Shown here in pieces: positions 1-8,916 of a stretch of DNA of 27,588 nt. This DNA comes from a virus (taxonomy: Duplodnaviria > Caudoviricetes), in IMG/VR virus record IMGVR_UViG_3300020042_010940, positions 1 through 27,588 of that record. One strand, written 5' to 3'. The position numbers were made by a program, and so were the translations under genes. The notes under the pieces were generated by a model, which was not told where the DNA came from, ran no database searches, and worked only from the letters and a program-made list of their open reading frames with translations. Position 1 is the stretch's first letter, and each line of letters starts with the position of its first letter.

Positions 1-49
1 CCTTTACGAGAAAACCTTTATTGTGTATTGTTAAATTTATACTATACAT
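1..49 (-). CDS. 5' start of a probable GT2 glycosyltransferase, running off the window
   Basis: ATG at 49 reads MYSINLTIHNKGFLVK, resembling a GT2 first strand; starts 9 nt after the previous stop; not in the ORF track. Confidence 0.45.
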   Translation of the reverse strand, partial: MYSINLTIHNKGFLVK

Positions 50-58
50 ATTTTTTGC

Positions 59-736
59 TTATGGAGTGTTTATATTACATTGTACAAAGGACCTTAGTTC
101 AGAGTTCATATTTAAACCATATTTTATCGCTAAATTAGAAATAATGCTCTGGTCCCACCTATGTTCTATAAAACCAGGATAGTTTTCTCCATACTCATTA
201 GGTAAATCAGTCATAACTTTCTCATTTTTTCCGTAACGTATCCACTCGTCTAATACTCCCATGATCCTATCAGTTTTTTTAAAGCATAATATTCCCGCTT
301 CTAACTGTGTATGATGGTGATAGTGTGGATAGTCGCAATCCATTACTACGAAACAATCTCTCTTTGTATATAGCTTTTGAGCATGCGCTCCTAAAGTTAA
401 TAAACAATCTACGTTTTGATGTTGGGAAAAGTAGTATCGTAGAAAGTAGGCCAGATCTTTGCTAAAAATGTCTCCTGCGTCTAGGTAGAAAACTACATCT
501 CCATAATCTAAATTCATAAGACATTCTTTTATGATATAAGGTTTCCATAGCCAAAAACCCGCTCCTCTCTTTTGATCTAGTATATTTTTATTTTCTAAAT
601 AAAATTCTGTATTTAGTAACCAATCTTCTGTGTATTCAAATACCTTATCAAAATTTGATGTACGCGCTTGATTGCATAGATTGCGTCTTAGATTTTGGAA
701 ATTTTTTGTAGAGTATGTGGTGAAAGCTGTATTCAT
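59..736 (-). CDS. putative glycosyltransferase (GT-A-like)
   Basis: GxGFWLWKPYII, VFYLDAG and HRWDQS motifs; lies in the glycan cluster. Confidence 0.6.
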   Translation of the reverse strand: MNTAFTTYSTKNFQNLRRNLCNQARTSNFDKVFEYTEDWLLNTEFYLENKNILDQKRGAGFWLWKPYIIKECLMNLDYGDVVFYLDAGDIFSKDLAYFLRYYFSQHQNVDCLLTLGAHAQKLYTKRDCFVVMDCDYPHYHHHTQLEAGILCFKKTDRIMGVLDEWIRYGKNEKVMTDLPNEYGENYPGFIEHRWDQSIISNLAIKYGLNMNSELRSFVQCNINTP

Positions 737-1410
737 ATTATGTATTTTTTTAAAGCTAATTCTGTATAATCTATCCTGTCTATACTCAGATCTTGTATAA
801 TTTTATCTACTATTTCGCTGTTACTTACCAGAATCTCTATTTGATTATTTTTTACAACTGTGAAATTTTCCGGTTTACTAAGTATTCTACACATTTTTTT
901 ATACAGATCTATGGCAGATATCTCTTGTATTTTTGATAGTTTTATAATAGAGTTTTTTTCTATACCAATTAGTATTTTTGTGATTTTTACCAAATCGTCT
1001 AGATCTATAATAGATCTAATAGCGTCTGCGTATATGTTAACTTCGTTGCCTTCTAATATGTCTTTTTTAAATCTATTGACCAAGTTATTAGTATTTCCAG
1101 AATTACTGATTACTTGGGATAGTCTTATCATTACATAACTTTGGCTTTCTTTTTGTATAATGCTTTCTATGTTTCTTTTGTGACGGTAGTAAAAAGTGTC
1201 TGAGCTTTCACAGAATATGGAGCTAAAGTAAATTATTTTTTTATCGTAATTTTCTCTTATTGTTTTTTTTACTAACTCTACTTCTCTATTAAACTCAAGT
1301 GGGTTTTTTTCTTGTGAATTTGAAACTCCGCTTGCAAAAATCAAAACATGTTTGTCTTCTTTAAAAGAATCGATAAAAGAACTAGCGATACGTCCTCTTC
1401 CTACTACCAT
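733..1410 (-). CDS. NAD-dependent epimerase/dehydratase-like protein
   Basis: N-terminal VVGRGRIA, IFASGVSNS, IIYFSS and YxxHK; 4-nt overlap with the downstream gene. Confidence 0.65.
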   Translation of the reverse strand: MVVGRGRIASSFIDSFKEDKHVLIFASGVSNSQEKNPLEFNREVELVKKTIRENYDKKIIYFSSIFCESSDTFYYRHKRNIESIIQKESQSYVMIRLSQVISNSGNTNNLVNRFKKDILEGNEVNIYADAIRSIIDLDDLVKITKILIGIEKNSIIKLSKIQEISAIDLYKKMCRILSKPENFTVVKNNQIEILVSNSEIVDKIIQDLSIDRIDYTELALKKYII

Positions 1411-1420
1411 TTTTTTTATT

Positions 1421-2251
1421 TTATAATATTATCCAAGTTTTGCAATAGAGATCTTCTGTGCTTTGGTAGCTGTAAGCAAGGCCAAACCATTTTTTGGGAG
1501 CTATAACTTTCTTATTTGGGTTTTTATTTAACCAAGCTCCCCACCAACTAAAGCTGCTATTTGCTATTATATTATGATCACACATGCTCATTAAACATAA
1601 ATCAATATATGGATCTTTATTATCAATATACAATAAATTTTCCGATTCTCCAAACATCTCTTTACAATATTCTATATCGTCAGAGAAAACTATAAAGTTG
1701 TAGTTCTTATCGGTGAACTGACTCAGAGCTTCTGTATAGTACTCAGGGCTGCATACTGGGTGGTATTGCTCTTGGTTCACGTAGTCACCTCTACGTACGT
1801 GGATAGAAACTGTTTGGTATTGTGACTTTGGGAACAGAGTATTGGCTGCTAACTGTACCGTATTGTTGAACGTTAGTAGAGATCTTAACTCTTCTTCTAT
1901 ATGTGTAAAGTATTTATCTGATTGAAAGTATCCTGATAGGTCTATGTTATCTGGACAGTTGTGTAGTAATTTTTCATCAAAATGGAAGAATCTTTCTCTA
2001 CAAACACCATTAGTACTTATCTGTGCTTTTGGCAGTAGTACGTCTGCACTTAGTTTAAATGCTTTAGGAACGTCAAATACAATATCTAATACCTTTCCAT
2101 CACCAAAGTGTTCTGTTACTGGGGTTGTTATATTTTCGGTAGGAAAGGCAACGTCATATTCTAATTTCCTAGCAATTCCTATAGTACCAGCAAATTGAAA
2201 TAGCTGGTTACCTAATCTGCCAAAATGCCCTATCTTAGTATATGTTATCAT
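1421..2251 (-). CDS. alpha-1,2-fucosyltransferase (GT11)
   Basis: GRLGNQLFQ, HVRRGDY and NSSFSWWGAWL, the canonical GT11 motifs. Confidence 0.92.
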   Translation of the reverse strand: MITYTKIGHFGRLGNQLFQFAGTIGIARKLEYDVAFPTENITTPVTEHFGDGKVLDIVFDVPKAFKLSADVLLPKAQISTNGVCRERFFHFDEKLLHNCPDNIDLSGYFQSDKYFTHIEEELRSLLTFNNTVQLAANTLFPKSQYQTVSIHVRRGDYVNQEQYHPVCSPEYYTEALSQFTDKNYNFIVFSDDIEYCKEMFGESENLLYIDNKDPYIDLCLMSMCDHNIIANSSFSWWGAWLNKNPNKKVIAPKKWFGLAYSYQSTEDLYCKTWIIL

Positions 2252-2270
2252 AGTATTTATTTTATTTATT

Positions 2271-2300
2271 TAATATAGTAAATATTATAGTATCCTGCAA
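2271..2300 (-). promoter_or_regulatory. class 1 promoter TTG-N20-TATATTA upstream of GT11
   Basis: minus strand TTG caggatactataatatttac TATATTA; one of 8 identically spaced copies. Confidence 0.7.
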
Positions 2301-3287
2301 CTACTTCTGGTAATGTTGTAACCAGTATTCGACCATCTCATCCAACATACTTTCAAAAGTATATTCGTGCTTCCAACCTGTTGCTTTCACTAACTTAGAG
2401 CTATCTCCTTTTAGGTCATGAAGCTCTTCTGGACGTAGAAACTTTTCATCTTGCTTAACGTACTGCTTCCAATCAAGATTTAATTTACCAAATACATATT
2501 CGCATAGGTCTTGAACTGAGTGTGATATTCCTGTTGAGCATACGAAGTCGTCTGGCTGATTTTGTTGAAGTATTAGCCACATTGCATACACATAGTCCTT
2601 AGCATGCCCCCAGTCCCTCGTAGCTTCTAGGTTTCCTAATTTGAGTTCATTGGATAGTCCTAACTTAATCTTAACTGCTTCCTTACATACTTTGTTGGTT
2701 ACAAAGTTTGTACCTCTACGAGGTGATTCATGATTAAATAGAATACCATTTGATACAAACATCTTATAAGAGTTACGATAGTTCCTGCTAATGTTGTATG
2801 CAAATACCTTAGCACATCCGTAAGGTGATACTGGGTTGAGTGGTGTAGTTTCTCTTTGAAATCTATCGTCATCAATACTGTTTCCAAACATTTCTGAGGA
2901 GGATGCTTGGTATATTTTTGTTTGAGGTGATACGAGTCTTACTGCTTCAAGCACATTCAAAGTACCTATTCCTGTTGCATTGGCTGTGTATAGTGGTTGA
3001 TCAAAGGATATCCTAACATGTGATTGTGCTGCTAGGTTATATAATTCATCTGGTTGTACCTTTGAAATAACTCTTATTAGAGAAGCTAGATCTGTAAGAT
3101 CGGCATACTCTAGATTAATTCTATTATAAACACTATCCAACCTTGCTGTTTGATTCTCAGCTACTGAGTTTCTTTTTACTGTTCCCCAAACCTCATAGCC
3201 TTTTTCTAATAGAAGTTCAGCTAGATACGAACCATCTTGTCCGTTTATTCCTGTTATAAGTGCTACTTTATTTTCTCGCTTTATCAT
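2301..3287 (-). CDS. gmd: GDP-mannose 4,6-dehydratase
   Basis: GINGQDGSYLAE, NLAAQSHV, YQASSSE, SPYGCAK, LFNHESPRRG, RDWGHA. Confidence 0.96.
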   Translation of the reverse strand: MIKRENKVALITGINGQDGSYLAELLLEKGYEVWGTVKRNSVAENQTARLDSVYNRINLEYADLTDLASLIRVISKVQPDELYNLAAQSHVRISFDQPLYTANATGIGTLNVLEAVRLVSPQTKIYQASSSEMFGNSIDDDRFQRETTPLNPVSPYGCAKVFAYNISRNYRNSYKMFVSNGILFNHESPRRGTNFVTNKVCKEAVKIKLGLSNELKLGNLEATRDWGHAKDYVYAMWLILQQNQPDDFVCSTGISHSVQDLCEYVFGKLNLDWKQYVKQDEKFLRPEELHDLKGDSSKLVKATGWKHEYTFESMLDEMVEYWLQHYQK

Positions 3288-4209
3288 AATTTTCTATAAA
3301 CCATTTAACTGTTTCTCTTATTCCTTGTTCGATAGGGGTGAATTTAAAGTCCGGAAGATAGCTCATGAGCTTAGTATTTGAAGATGGCTTTCTAAACTGA
3401 CCGTCTGGTTTATGTTTTTCAAATACTATATTTCCTTTGTAGTTAAATTCCTCAGCTATAATTCCTACTAGGTCCTTTATGCTTATTTCCTCTGAGGTTG
3501 TAAAGATAATCGGCTCTTCTTCATCGTAATTTTCAACAGCCCACTTAGCTAACTCTGCTACATCTTTTGAGTATATAAATTCTCGTAAGGGCTTTCCTGT
3601 TCCCCATACCTTGAAGTCCTCTCCAGTCTGCATTGCTAAGTACATTTTATGTAATAGCATTGGTACAACGTGTCCGTGTTCTAAAGAAAAGTTATCGTTT
3701 GGTCCATATATGTTAGTTGGAATTACAGAAGTGTACTTTAATCCATACTGCTCTCTATAAGCTCTAATCTGAATGTCCGCTAATCTTTTAGCATAAGCGT
3801 AGGGATAGTTTGAGCTATGAGGAAAGCCATTATGAATTTGATCCTCTGTTAGTGGGTAGTCTACTTTATCAGGAAATACACAAGTAGATAGAAATGCTAC
3901 CAGCTTTGAAACTCCAGCTACTCTAGCAGCTTCAATTACATTTGTATTAATCATAACATTGTCGTACAGATACTCTCCTTTGTATTTCATGTTACCTCCA
4001 AGACCTCCTACTTTCCCTGCACAGTGTATAATCTTATCGACAGCATATTCACCCATTCTCTCCTTATCAGCATAGAAATTAATGATATCCTCAGTTATCT
4101 TTTTATTTCTAAGATCACCAGTAGGGGAGGTTATGTGTACTACGTTTCCTGTTATTTGTGAACCAACTAATCCACCCGCACCTGTTACTAGTATTCTAGA
4201 GTGTGTCAT
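3268..4209 (-). CDS. fcl: GDP-L-fucose synthase
   Basis: ILVTGAGGLVG, HCAGKVGG, LSTCVFP, YAYAK, VWGTGKPLREF; start moved from 4308 to MTHSRILV at 4209. Confidence 0.92.
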   Translation of the reverse strand: MTHSRILVTGAGGLVGSQITGNVVHITSPTGDLRNKKITEDIINFYADKERMGEYAVDKIIHCAGKVGGLGGNMKYKGEYLYDNVMINTNVIEAARVAGVSKLVAFLSTCVFPDKVDYPLTEDQIHNGFPHSSNYPYAYAKRLADIQIRAYREQYGLKYTSVIPTNIYGPNDNFSLEHGHVVPMLLHKMYLAMQTGEDFKVWGTGKPLREFIYSKDVAELAKWAVENYDEEEPIIFTTSEEISIKDLVGIIAEEFNYKGNIVFEKHKPDGQFRKPSSNTKLMSYLPDFKFTPIEQGIRETVKWFIENYDKARK

Positions 4210-4819
4210 AGTAGTTGTTTTGTTTTTCTTGTCTGTCAATTGTCTTTGGATGATATAGTGCAAACTCTTCTTCTCTAGGAAGTAAGGACATTGTTTTGTA
4301 TCCATCAAGTACTTCGTGTACTTTATTCTTCCAGGTTATCTCAGGAATGTTTTTATAGATTCTCCATTGATAGTCTGGCCAGTTAACCCATTGCTTGTCG
4401 TTTACATTCCATCCCCATTTATTAATATGGTCTTGTGTTAGTCCTTCTACGGTGTTGACTCTTGGTACAAGAAATACATCTACCTCTTGATTAACTTCTA
4501 AGATATAGGGAAGTCCGTTAATAAGTTCTTCGTTTGGAAGTTCATCAGCATCTATCTGGAAGATGTAGTCTCCTGAACATACTTTTGTTAGTTTGTTCTT
4601 CCAATCAGCAAAGTGTCCTTCAAATTCAGATTCAATTAATCGTATTTGATTTATTGAAGCACATGCTCTTAAAAGTTCTTGTAAAGTCTGAGACGTTTTA
4701 GGACTATCTGCTAGTACTACTATCTCGTCTTGTTCTCGTTTGTGAATGAGAAGGAAGTTAATTAACATTGCTACCTCCTTCTCTTCATTACAAACTGTTA
4801 TTGCATAACTAATTTTCAT
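4196..4819 (-). CDS. GT2-family glycosyltransferase
   Basis: ISYAITVCNE, DxD motif (QIDADE), VHE motif. Confidence 0.85.
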   Translation of the reverse strand: MKISYAITVCNEEKEVAMLINFLLIHKREQDEIVVLADSPKTSQTLQELLRACASINQIRLIESEFEGHFADWKNKLTKVCSGDYIFQIDADELPNEELINGLPYILEVNQEVDVFLVPRVNTVEGLTQDHINKWGWNVNDKQWVNWPDYQWRIYKNIPEITWKNKVHEVLDGYKTMSLLPREEEFALYHPKTIDRQEKQNNYYDTL

Positions 4820-4824
4820 ACTAT

Positions 4825-4854
4825 TAATATAGGAAATTTATTTGAATTTTACAA
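4825..4854 (-). promoter_or_regulatory. class 1 promoter
   Basis: TTG taaaattcaaataaatttcc TATATTA. Confidence 0.65.
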
Positions 4855-5496
4855 CTATGATAAAGTAATTTTATTAGGATTTTTTTTAATAAAACCTACT
4901 TGATATCCTTGAAATAATACGTCATACTCGGATTGATAGAGTTCCCAAAACATTTTTATTCCTAGCTCGGGAGAACTTATAGGAGACATATCTTTTGGAT
5001 CTTTCCAGCCAAAGTCGTCAAATATAAGAATACCTCCTGGCTTAAGTACTTTATGTGCGAAGTATGCATCTACTAAAGTGTCATCTGCTCTATGTGAAGC
5101 ATCTATATAGATAAAGTCGTATTTTTTTTCTTTACTAAATTGTGAAAGAATCTTCTGGGAGTATCCTTTGTGGATTGTAAAAGAAACGTCTGGAAAGAAT
5201 GATATATTATGTCTGAAGTTCTCTTCTGTTTTAGAGTATATATGTTCCACTTGGTCCTTCTCCTCTCCAGTTGCAATACTTTCTAAAAAAGTTCCTGCAA
5301 AGGTGTCAACCACATCATAGGTACTCCCTTGTTCAGTAATTGCATTTTCACATAGCCAAACCGTAGCCCTTCCTTCATAACAACCTACTTCAAGTACGTG
5401 CTTTATTTTGCGATTAGTATTTTTAAATACCTCAGTCCAAGTTGGAATTGCTACATCAAACCACTGTTGTGTAAACTTATACCTTTCATTAAACAT
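4855..5496 (-). CDS. class I SAM-dependent methyltransferase (Methyltransf_24-like)
   Basis: LEVGCYEG, YDFIYIDASH, LKPGGILIFDD; likely start MFNERY at 5496. Confidence 0.85.
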   Translation of the reverse strand: MFNERYKFTQQWFDVAIPTWTEVFKNTNRKIKHVLEVGCYEGRATVWLCENAITEQGSTYDVVDTFAGTFLESIATGEEKDQVEHIYSKTEENFRHNISFFPDVSFTIHKGYSQKILSQFSKEKKYDFIYIDASHRADDTLVDAYFAHKVLKPGGILIFDDFGWKDPKDMSPISSPELGIKMFWELYQSEYDVLFQGYQVGFIKKNPNKITLS

Positions 5497-5962
5497 CAGT
5501 ACCTCCCTCTTGTTGTGCAACCTCTACATCGAAGAATTTAATTGCATCTAATGCTTCCATGAAGTCTTCTTTGTTGAAGTGTTGAATATTTTTCATATCC
5601 ATTTTAGTTGTCTGACCTTTTGGGAACTTGGCTTTCTCTTCTTCTAGTATCTCAATTGAATTAACTGCAGCCCATCTCCAACTTTCTTTTGCTGTTCCGT
5701 CTAGGAATACCATTCCTTTATTAGGAAGAGTAACTGTTGATGGGAACCAAACTTTCTTATCCTCATCTATAAACATAAGATCTTTGTAAAGTTCTGGTGA
5801 TGCTTCTAGTGTTTTGTTTACTAATTCTCCTCCCTCAACCATTAGAGTTGAAGTTGAGTAACCACATCCGAAACAAAAGCTCGTTGTTACTTCTTCACTC
5901 ACTTGCTGTTCGTAACAAGCATTTCCTCCACAGTGTGGACAGATTGACATTTTTTCTTCCAT
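5489..5962 (-). CDS. hypothetical protein with N-terminal Zn ribbon
   Basis: CPHCG...CFGCG; start/stop overlaps with both neighbours. Confidence 0.7.
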   Translation of the reverse strand: MEEKMSICPHCGGNACYEQQVSEEVTTSFCFGCGYSTSTLMVEGGELVNKTLEASPELYKDLMFIDEDKKVWFPSTVTLPNKGMVFLDGTAKESWRWAAVNSIEILEEEKAKFPKGQTTKMDMKNIQHFNKEDFMEALDAIKFFDVEVAQQEGGTDV

Positions 5963-7257
5963 TATTCTACTTTTTTTAATTTTGGTAGTTCTATTTTCTT
6001 AAGCTGTGGTAGCTTTAACTGCACTTGCTTAGGAAACTCAGGGATATACTGTGTTAGAAGGTTATCTAGCGTTTCTCTCATCTTTTCATAGGTGAAGTTG
6101 GTCCTAGACTTGAAACCTTGTCTCTTAGCTAATTCCTTATATTTTTTATAGTCTTCGTATACATCTTTGTAAGCTGCTCCTACTTCTGCATCACTAGGAG
6201 TAAACCACTGACTCTCTTGAAGAATCATTTTATCAACAGCTGCTGATGGATGTACGTTTGTAAGATTTCCTCCTACGTACTTTACAAACTCTGCATTTAA
6301 AAAGTCGATGTGTCCTGACCAGTAAGATGCTATGATTGGCTTGTTTACTAAACTAAATTCTAGTAAAGGTCTTCCAAATCCTTCTCCTTTTGTTAGAGAT
6401 ACCATTGCTTTTACTTTAGTATGATTGTATAGTTCGTTTACTTCTGCATCAGTCATATCTCCATGAAGAAGGTATATGTTAGGTAAAGTACCCTTAACTG
6501 TCTTTCTAATTGCATCAATCTTATCCAGTACAACTTCTCTATCCATAATGGAAGTTCCTGCGCCTGCTTGTACTTTTAGTATAAGTGCTGGTCGTTTGTC
6601 TTTAGGTTTATTTTTAAACGTCTCTAAGAAAGTTTTAATAGTGTAACCTATATTCTTTCTATCTTGTCCTAACTCTCCTTGTAACCAGTGTCCTAGTACT
6701 AAGTAACAGAATGATTCATCTATGTCTGAGAGATCTAACTTAACTGGAAATGCTAGTGGAGTGTACTTCTCTATATCTGCTCCTTCAAATAGGACTTCTA
6801 CTTTTGTAGTTAGAGACAGAGTTCCCGTCACTTGTTTTGTATTTGGATCTTGCATATTAAAAGTACTCTCTTCAAATACTTTCTTAGCATGTTGTGCTGA
6901 TACGAGAATTAAGTCCATTCTATTACATCCTTCAATCCAAGTAGGATCACAGATTGTGGTTTCGATACCAGCTGTTACTCCGATATTATACTTTCCTACT
7001 TTTTGAAATTCATTTGGAACCGTAATCTGCATCCAGATATCTGGCTGCTGTGTTAGTTGAGGTATAATTCTAGAAGCTAAGGAAGTGTTTCCATGGTCCT
7101 TTAGGTATCCAAATCTAGTTCCTCCCCATCTTTGTGATAGGATTTTTACATCGTACTTGTCTGTATCGATGATTGATTGTACGAAGTCTCTTGATCTTGC
7201 TCCGTATCCTGAGTAAGTATCTACGGGACAGCTTACTACTAATGTTGGTTTACTCAT
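5962..7257 (-). CDS. GT4-like (GT-B) glycosyltransferase
   Basis: SGYG N-terminal loop, RKN and GEGFGRPLLE (Ex7E). Confidence 0.85.
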   Translation of the reverse strand: MSKPTLVVSCPVDTYSGYGARSRDFVQSIIDTDKYDVKILSQRWGGTRFGYLKDHGNTSLASRIIPQLTQQPDIWMQITVPNEFQKVGKYNIGVTAGIETTICDPTWIEGCNRMDLILVSAQHAKKVFEESTFNMQDPNTKQVTGTLSLTTKVEVLFEGADIEKYTPLAFPVKLDLSDIDESFCYLVLGHWLQGELGQDRKNIGYTIKTFLETFKNKPKDKRPALILKVQAGAGTSIMDREVVLDKIDAIRKTVKGTLPNIYLLHGDMTDAEVNELYNHTKVKAMVSLTKGEGFGRPLLEFSLVNKPIIASYWSGHIDFLNAEFVKYVGGNLTNVHPSAAVDKMILQESQWFTPSDAEVGAAYKDVYEDYKKYKELAKRQGFKSRTNFTYEKMRETLDNLLTQYIPEFPKQVQLKLPQLKKIELPKLKKVE

Positions 7258-7259
7258 AA

Positions 7260-8702
7260 CTAGTATAATAATTTATGTGTGACATACTTTTTTGGTCTCT
7301 CTTCTATTTTATGTAGATCAAATCTAGATCTTGGTACAAACTTATCAAATGTTTCATCCATTGCTTCAATTACGTTTGTACACATTTGACGTGCTGACAT
7401 TCCTGATTCGTCTGATGTTACCCATTCTCTAGCTAACAATCCTCTTCTAGTTCTTTCTTCTTTTCCTAAATCATAAACTGTACAAAGAGCTTTTGCTACA
7501 TCTTCTGGTGCACATCTGTCATCATATATGTAAGGAGTTGGAACTGAACCTACCATTGAGATGTTTGAAGGATAAACAGGCACTGCCCATATTCCATGAT
7601 CTTTATAAGTACCTCTATGGTTAGATGGGAAGTCTGAGCTGAAGTCAATCCATTCACCATTGTCATCTGTAAATCTCATTTGATCTTGCATACCACCTGT
7701 GGTGTTGGCTATGATCATCTTACCTGCCATCATAGTTTCAGTTAAAGATAATCCCCATCCTTCGTTTGAAGTAATAAGCATTCCTACATCAGCTATATTG
7801 TATAGTAAGTTTATTTGTGGAGTATCTAATCTCTCTTGTGAGAAAAATACATTTACATAACTATCATCACATACTGCTTCTCTTACTGCATAAAGATCTG
7901 TACCATTTTCATCTACAGCTTGTGTATGCATTACTAAAGCACATTTCTTAGCTTTTTCTTCTCCGATCATATCACAAAACATTCTGTAAGAAAGAATTAC
8001 ATCTCCTGGAGATTTTCTTCTAATGTTTCTAGAATTAAAGAATGCTACGAATTCAATATCTTTTCCTTGGAATAAGTTCTTTTTAAACTCATCTAAGTTT
8101 TTAATATCCTCTACTGAAGTCATTGGAAAGAAGTGCTCTTCGTTTATTCCATGAGGAACATACTTTAAGACCTTATCCTTAACAGCTTCTCCTAATACAA
8201 GCTCATTAATATTTTTAGTTTGTTTTGAGATTGCCATTAATAAATCACATGACTCATAGAAAGGCTTATTGTAAAGAGGTGCTGGATAATCATCCCAGAT
8301 GTTTAAGTACATCAATGGAATTTCATTTCTAATCTCTCTTTCTATTTCAAATAACCAAGTCCAGTATCTTGGATCTGTAAAGATAAAAATAGCATCTGGC
8401 TTCTCCTGAGCTATTAATCCTCTAATTTGCATTGCTTCTCCATACCCATTGTTAGGAAGAACCTTTACATCTGAATCTTCTAGTCCAGTTAATCTATTTA
8501 TCTCTTGTGAGATATCGAATCCCTGTCCTGCTTCAGGATGGTTGATAGCTGCTGCTAAGTTTACCCAATTGAAGTGATGGGAAGTTCCTACGACAATTTC
8601 TCTTGCCATAGTTGCGATTCCGGAATGCATCCTGATATCATCGCATAACAGAAGAATCTTTTTGCGTTCTTCTTTTTTTACGTAACGAAACTTTTCTTTC
8701 AT
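7260..8702 (-). CDS. GT4-like (GT-B) glycosyltransferase
   Basis: HSGIA, VPHGI, NSRNIRRK, NEGWGLSLTE, TTGGMQDQ. Confidence 0.87.
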   Translation of the reverse strand: MKEKFRYVKKEERKKILLLCDDIRMHSGIATMAREIVVGTSHHFNWVNLAAAINHPEAGQGFDISQEINRLTGLEDSDVKVLPNNGYGEAMQIRGLIAQEKPDAIFIFTDPRYWTWLFEIEREIRNEIPLMYLNIWDDYPAPLYNKPFYESCDLLMAISKQTKNINELVLGEAVKDKVLKYVPHGINEEHFFPMTSVEDIKNLDEFKKNLFQGKDIEFVAFFNSRNIRRKSPGDVILSYRMFCDMIGEEKAKKCALVMHTQAVDENGTDLYAVREAVCDDSYVNVFFSQERLDTPQINLLYNIADVGMLITSNEGWGLSLTETMMAGKMIIANTTGGMQDQMRFTDDNGEWIDFSSDFPSNHRGTYKDHGIWAVPVYPSNISMVGSVPTPYIYDDRCAPEDVAKALCTVYDLGKEERTRRGLLAREWVTSDESGMSARQMCTNVIEAMDETFDKFVPRSRFDLHKIEERPKKYVTHKLLY

Positions 8703-8706
8703 GTAA

Positions 8707-8883
8707 CTACTTTAATTTAATATTTGTTTGATTGTGAAGTTTTTGTTTAATGTCCTCTTCTGTAAGATACAAAAAGATTGCTCTATCTACAAGCTTTTGT
8801 AAGGAAAATTTATACCTTATACACTCTTCTTTAAATTCTTGGAATAATTCCTCTTCCACTTTTACGCTGGTTAGCTTTTTCAT
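8707..8883 (-). CDS. 58-aa ribbon-helix-helix-like protein (not in ORF track)
   Basis: MKKLTSVKVEEELFQEFKEECIRYKFSLQKLVDRAIFLYLTEEDIKQKLHNQTNIKLK*; beta-alpha-alpha pattern; fills the gap between two minus-strand genes. Confidence 0.75.
   Translation of the reverse strand: MKKLTSVKVEEELFQEFKEECIRYKFSLQKLVDRAIFLYLTEEDIKQKLHNQTNIKLK
8763..8792 (-). promoter_or_regulatory. class 1 promoter inside the RHH-like ORF, upstream of the GT4 pair
   Basis: TTG tagatagagcaatctttttg TATCTTA. Confidence 0.45.
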
Positions 8884-8905
8884 AATAGTATTTATTTGTT
8901 TATAT

Positions 8906-8912
8906 ATAAATA
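8906..8912 (-). promoter_or_regulatory. class 2 motif TATTTAT
   Basis: ends ~23 nt before the ATG at 8883. Confidence 0.4.
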
Positions 8913-8916
8913 TATA

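Noticed and set aside
2699-2887. Nested minus-strand ORFs 2699-2887, 23010-23201 and 25954-26142
   Set aside because: Out of frame within gmd, the nuclease and the SMR-like gene; no supporting signals
4210-4308. Long N-terminal extensions of fcl (also polA 17723-17752, methyltransferase, queE, 24436-24480)
   Set aside because: They overlap upstream genes or promoters, and downstream ATGs match the domain starts
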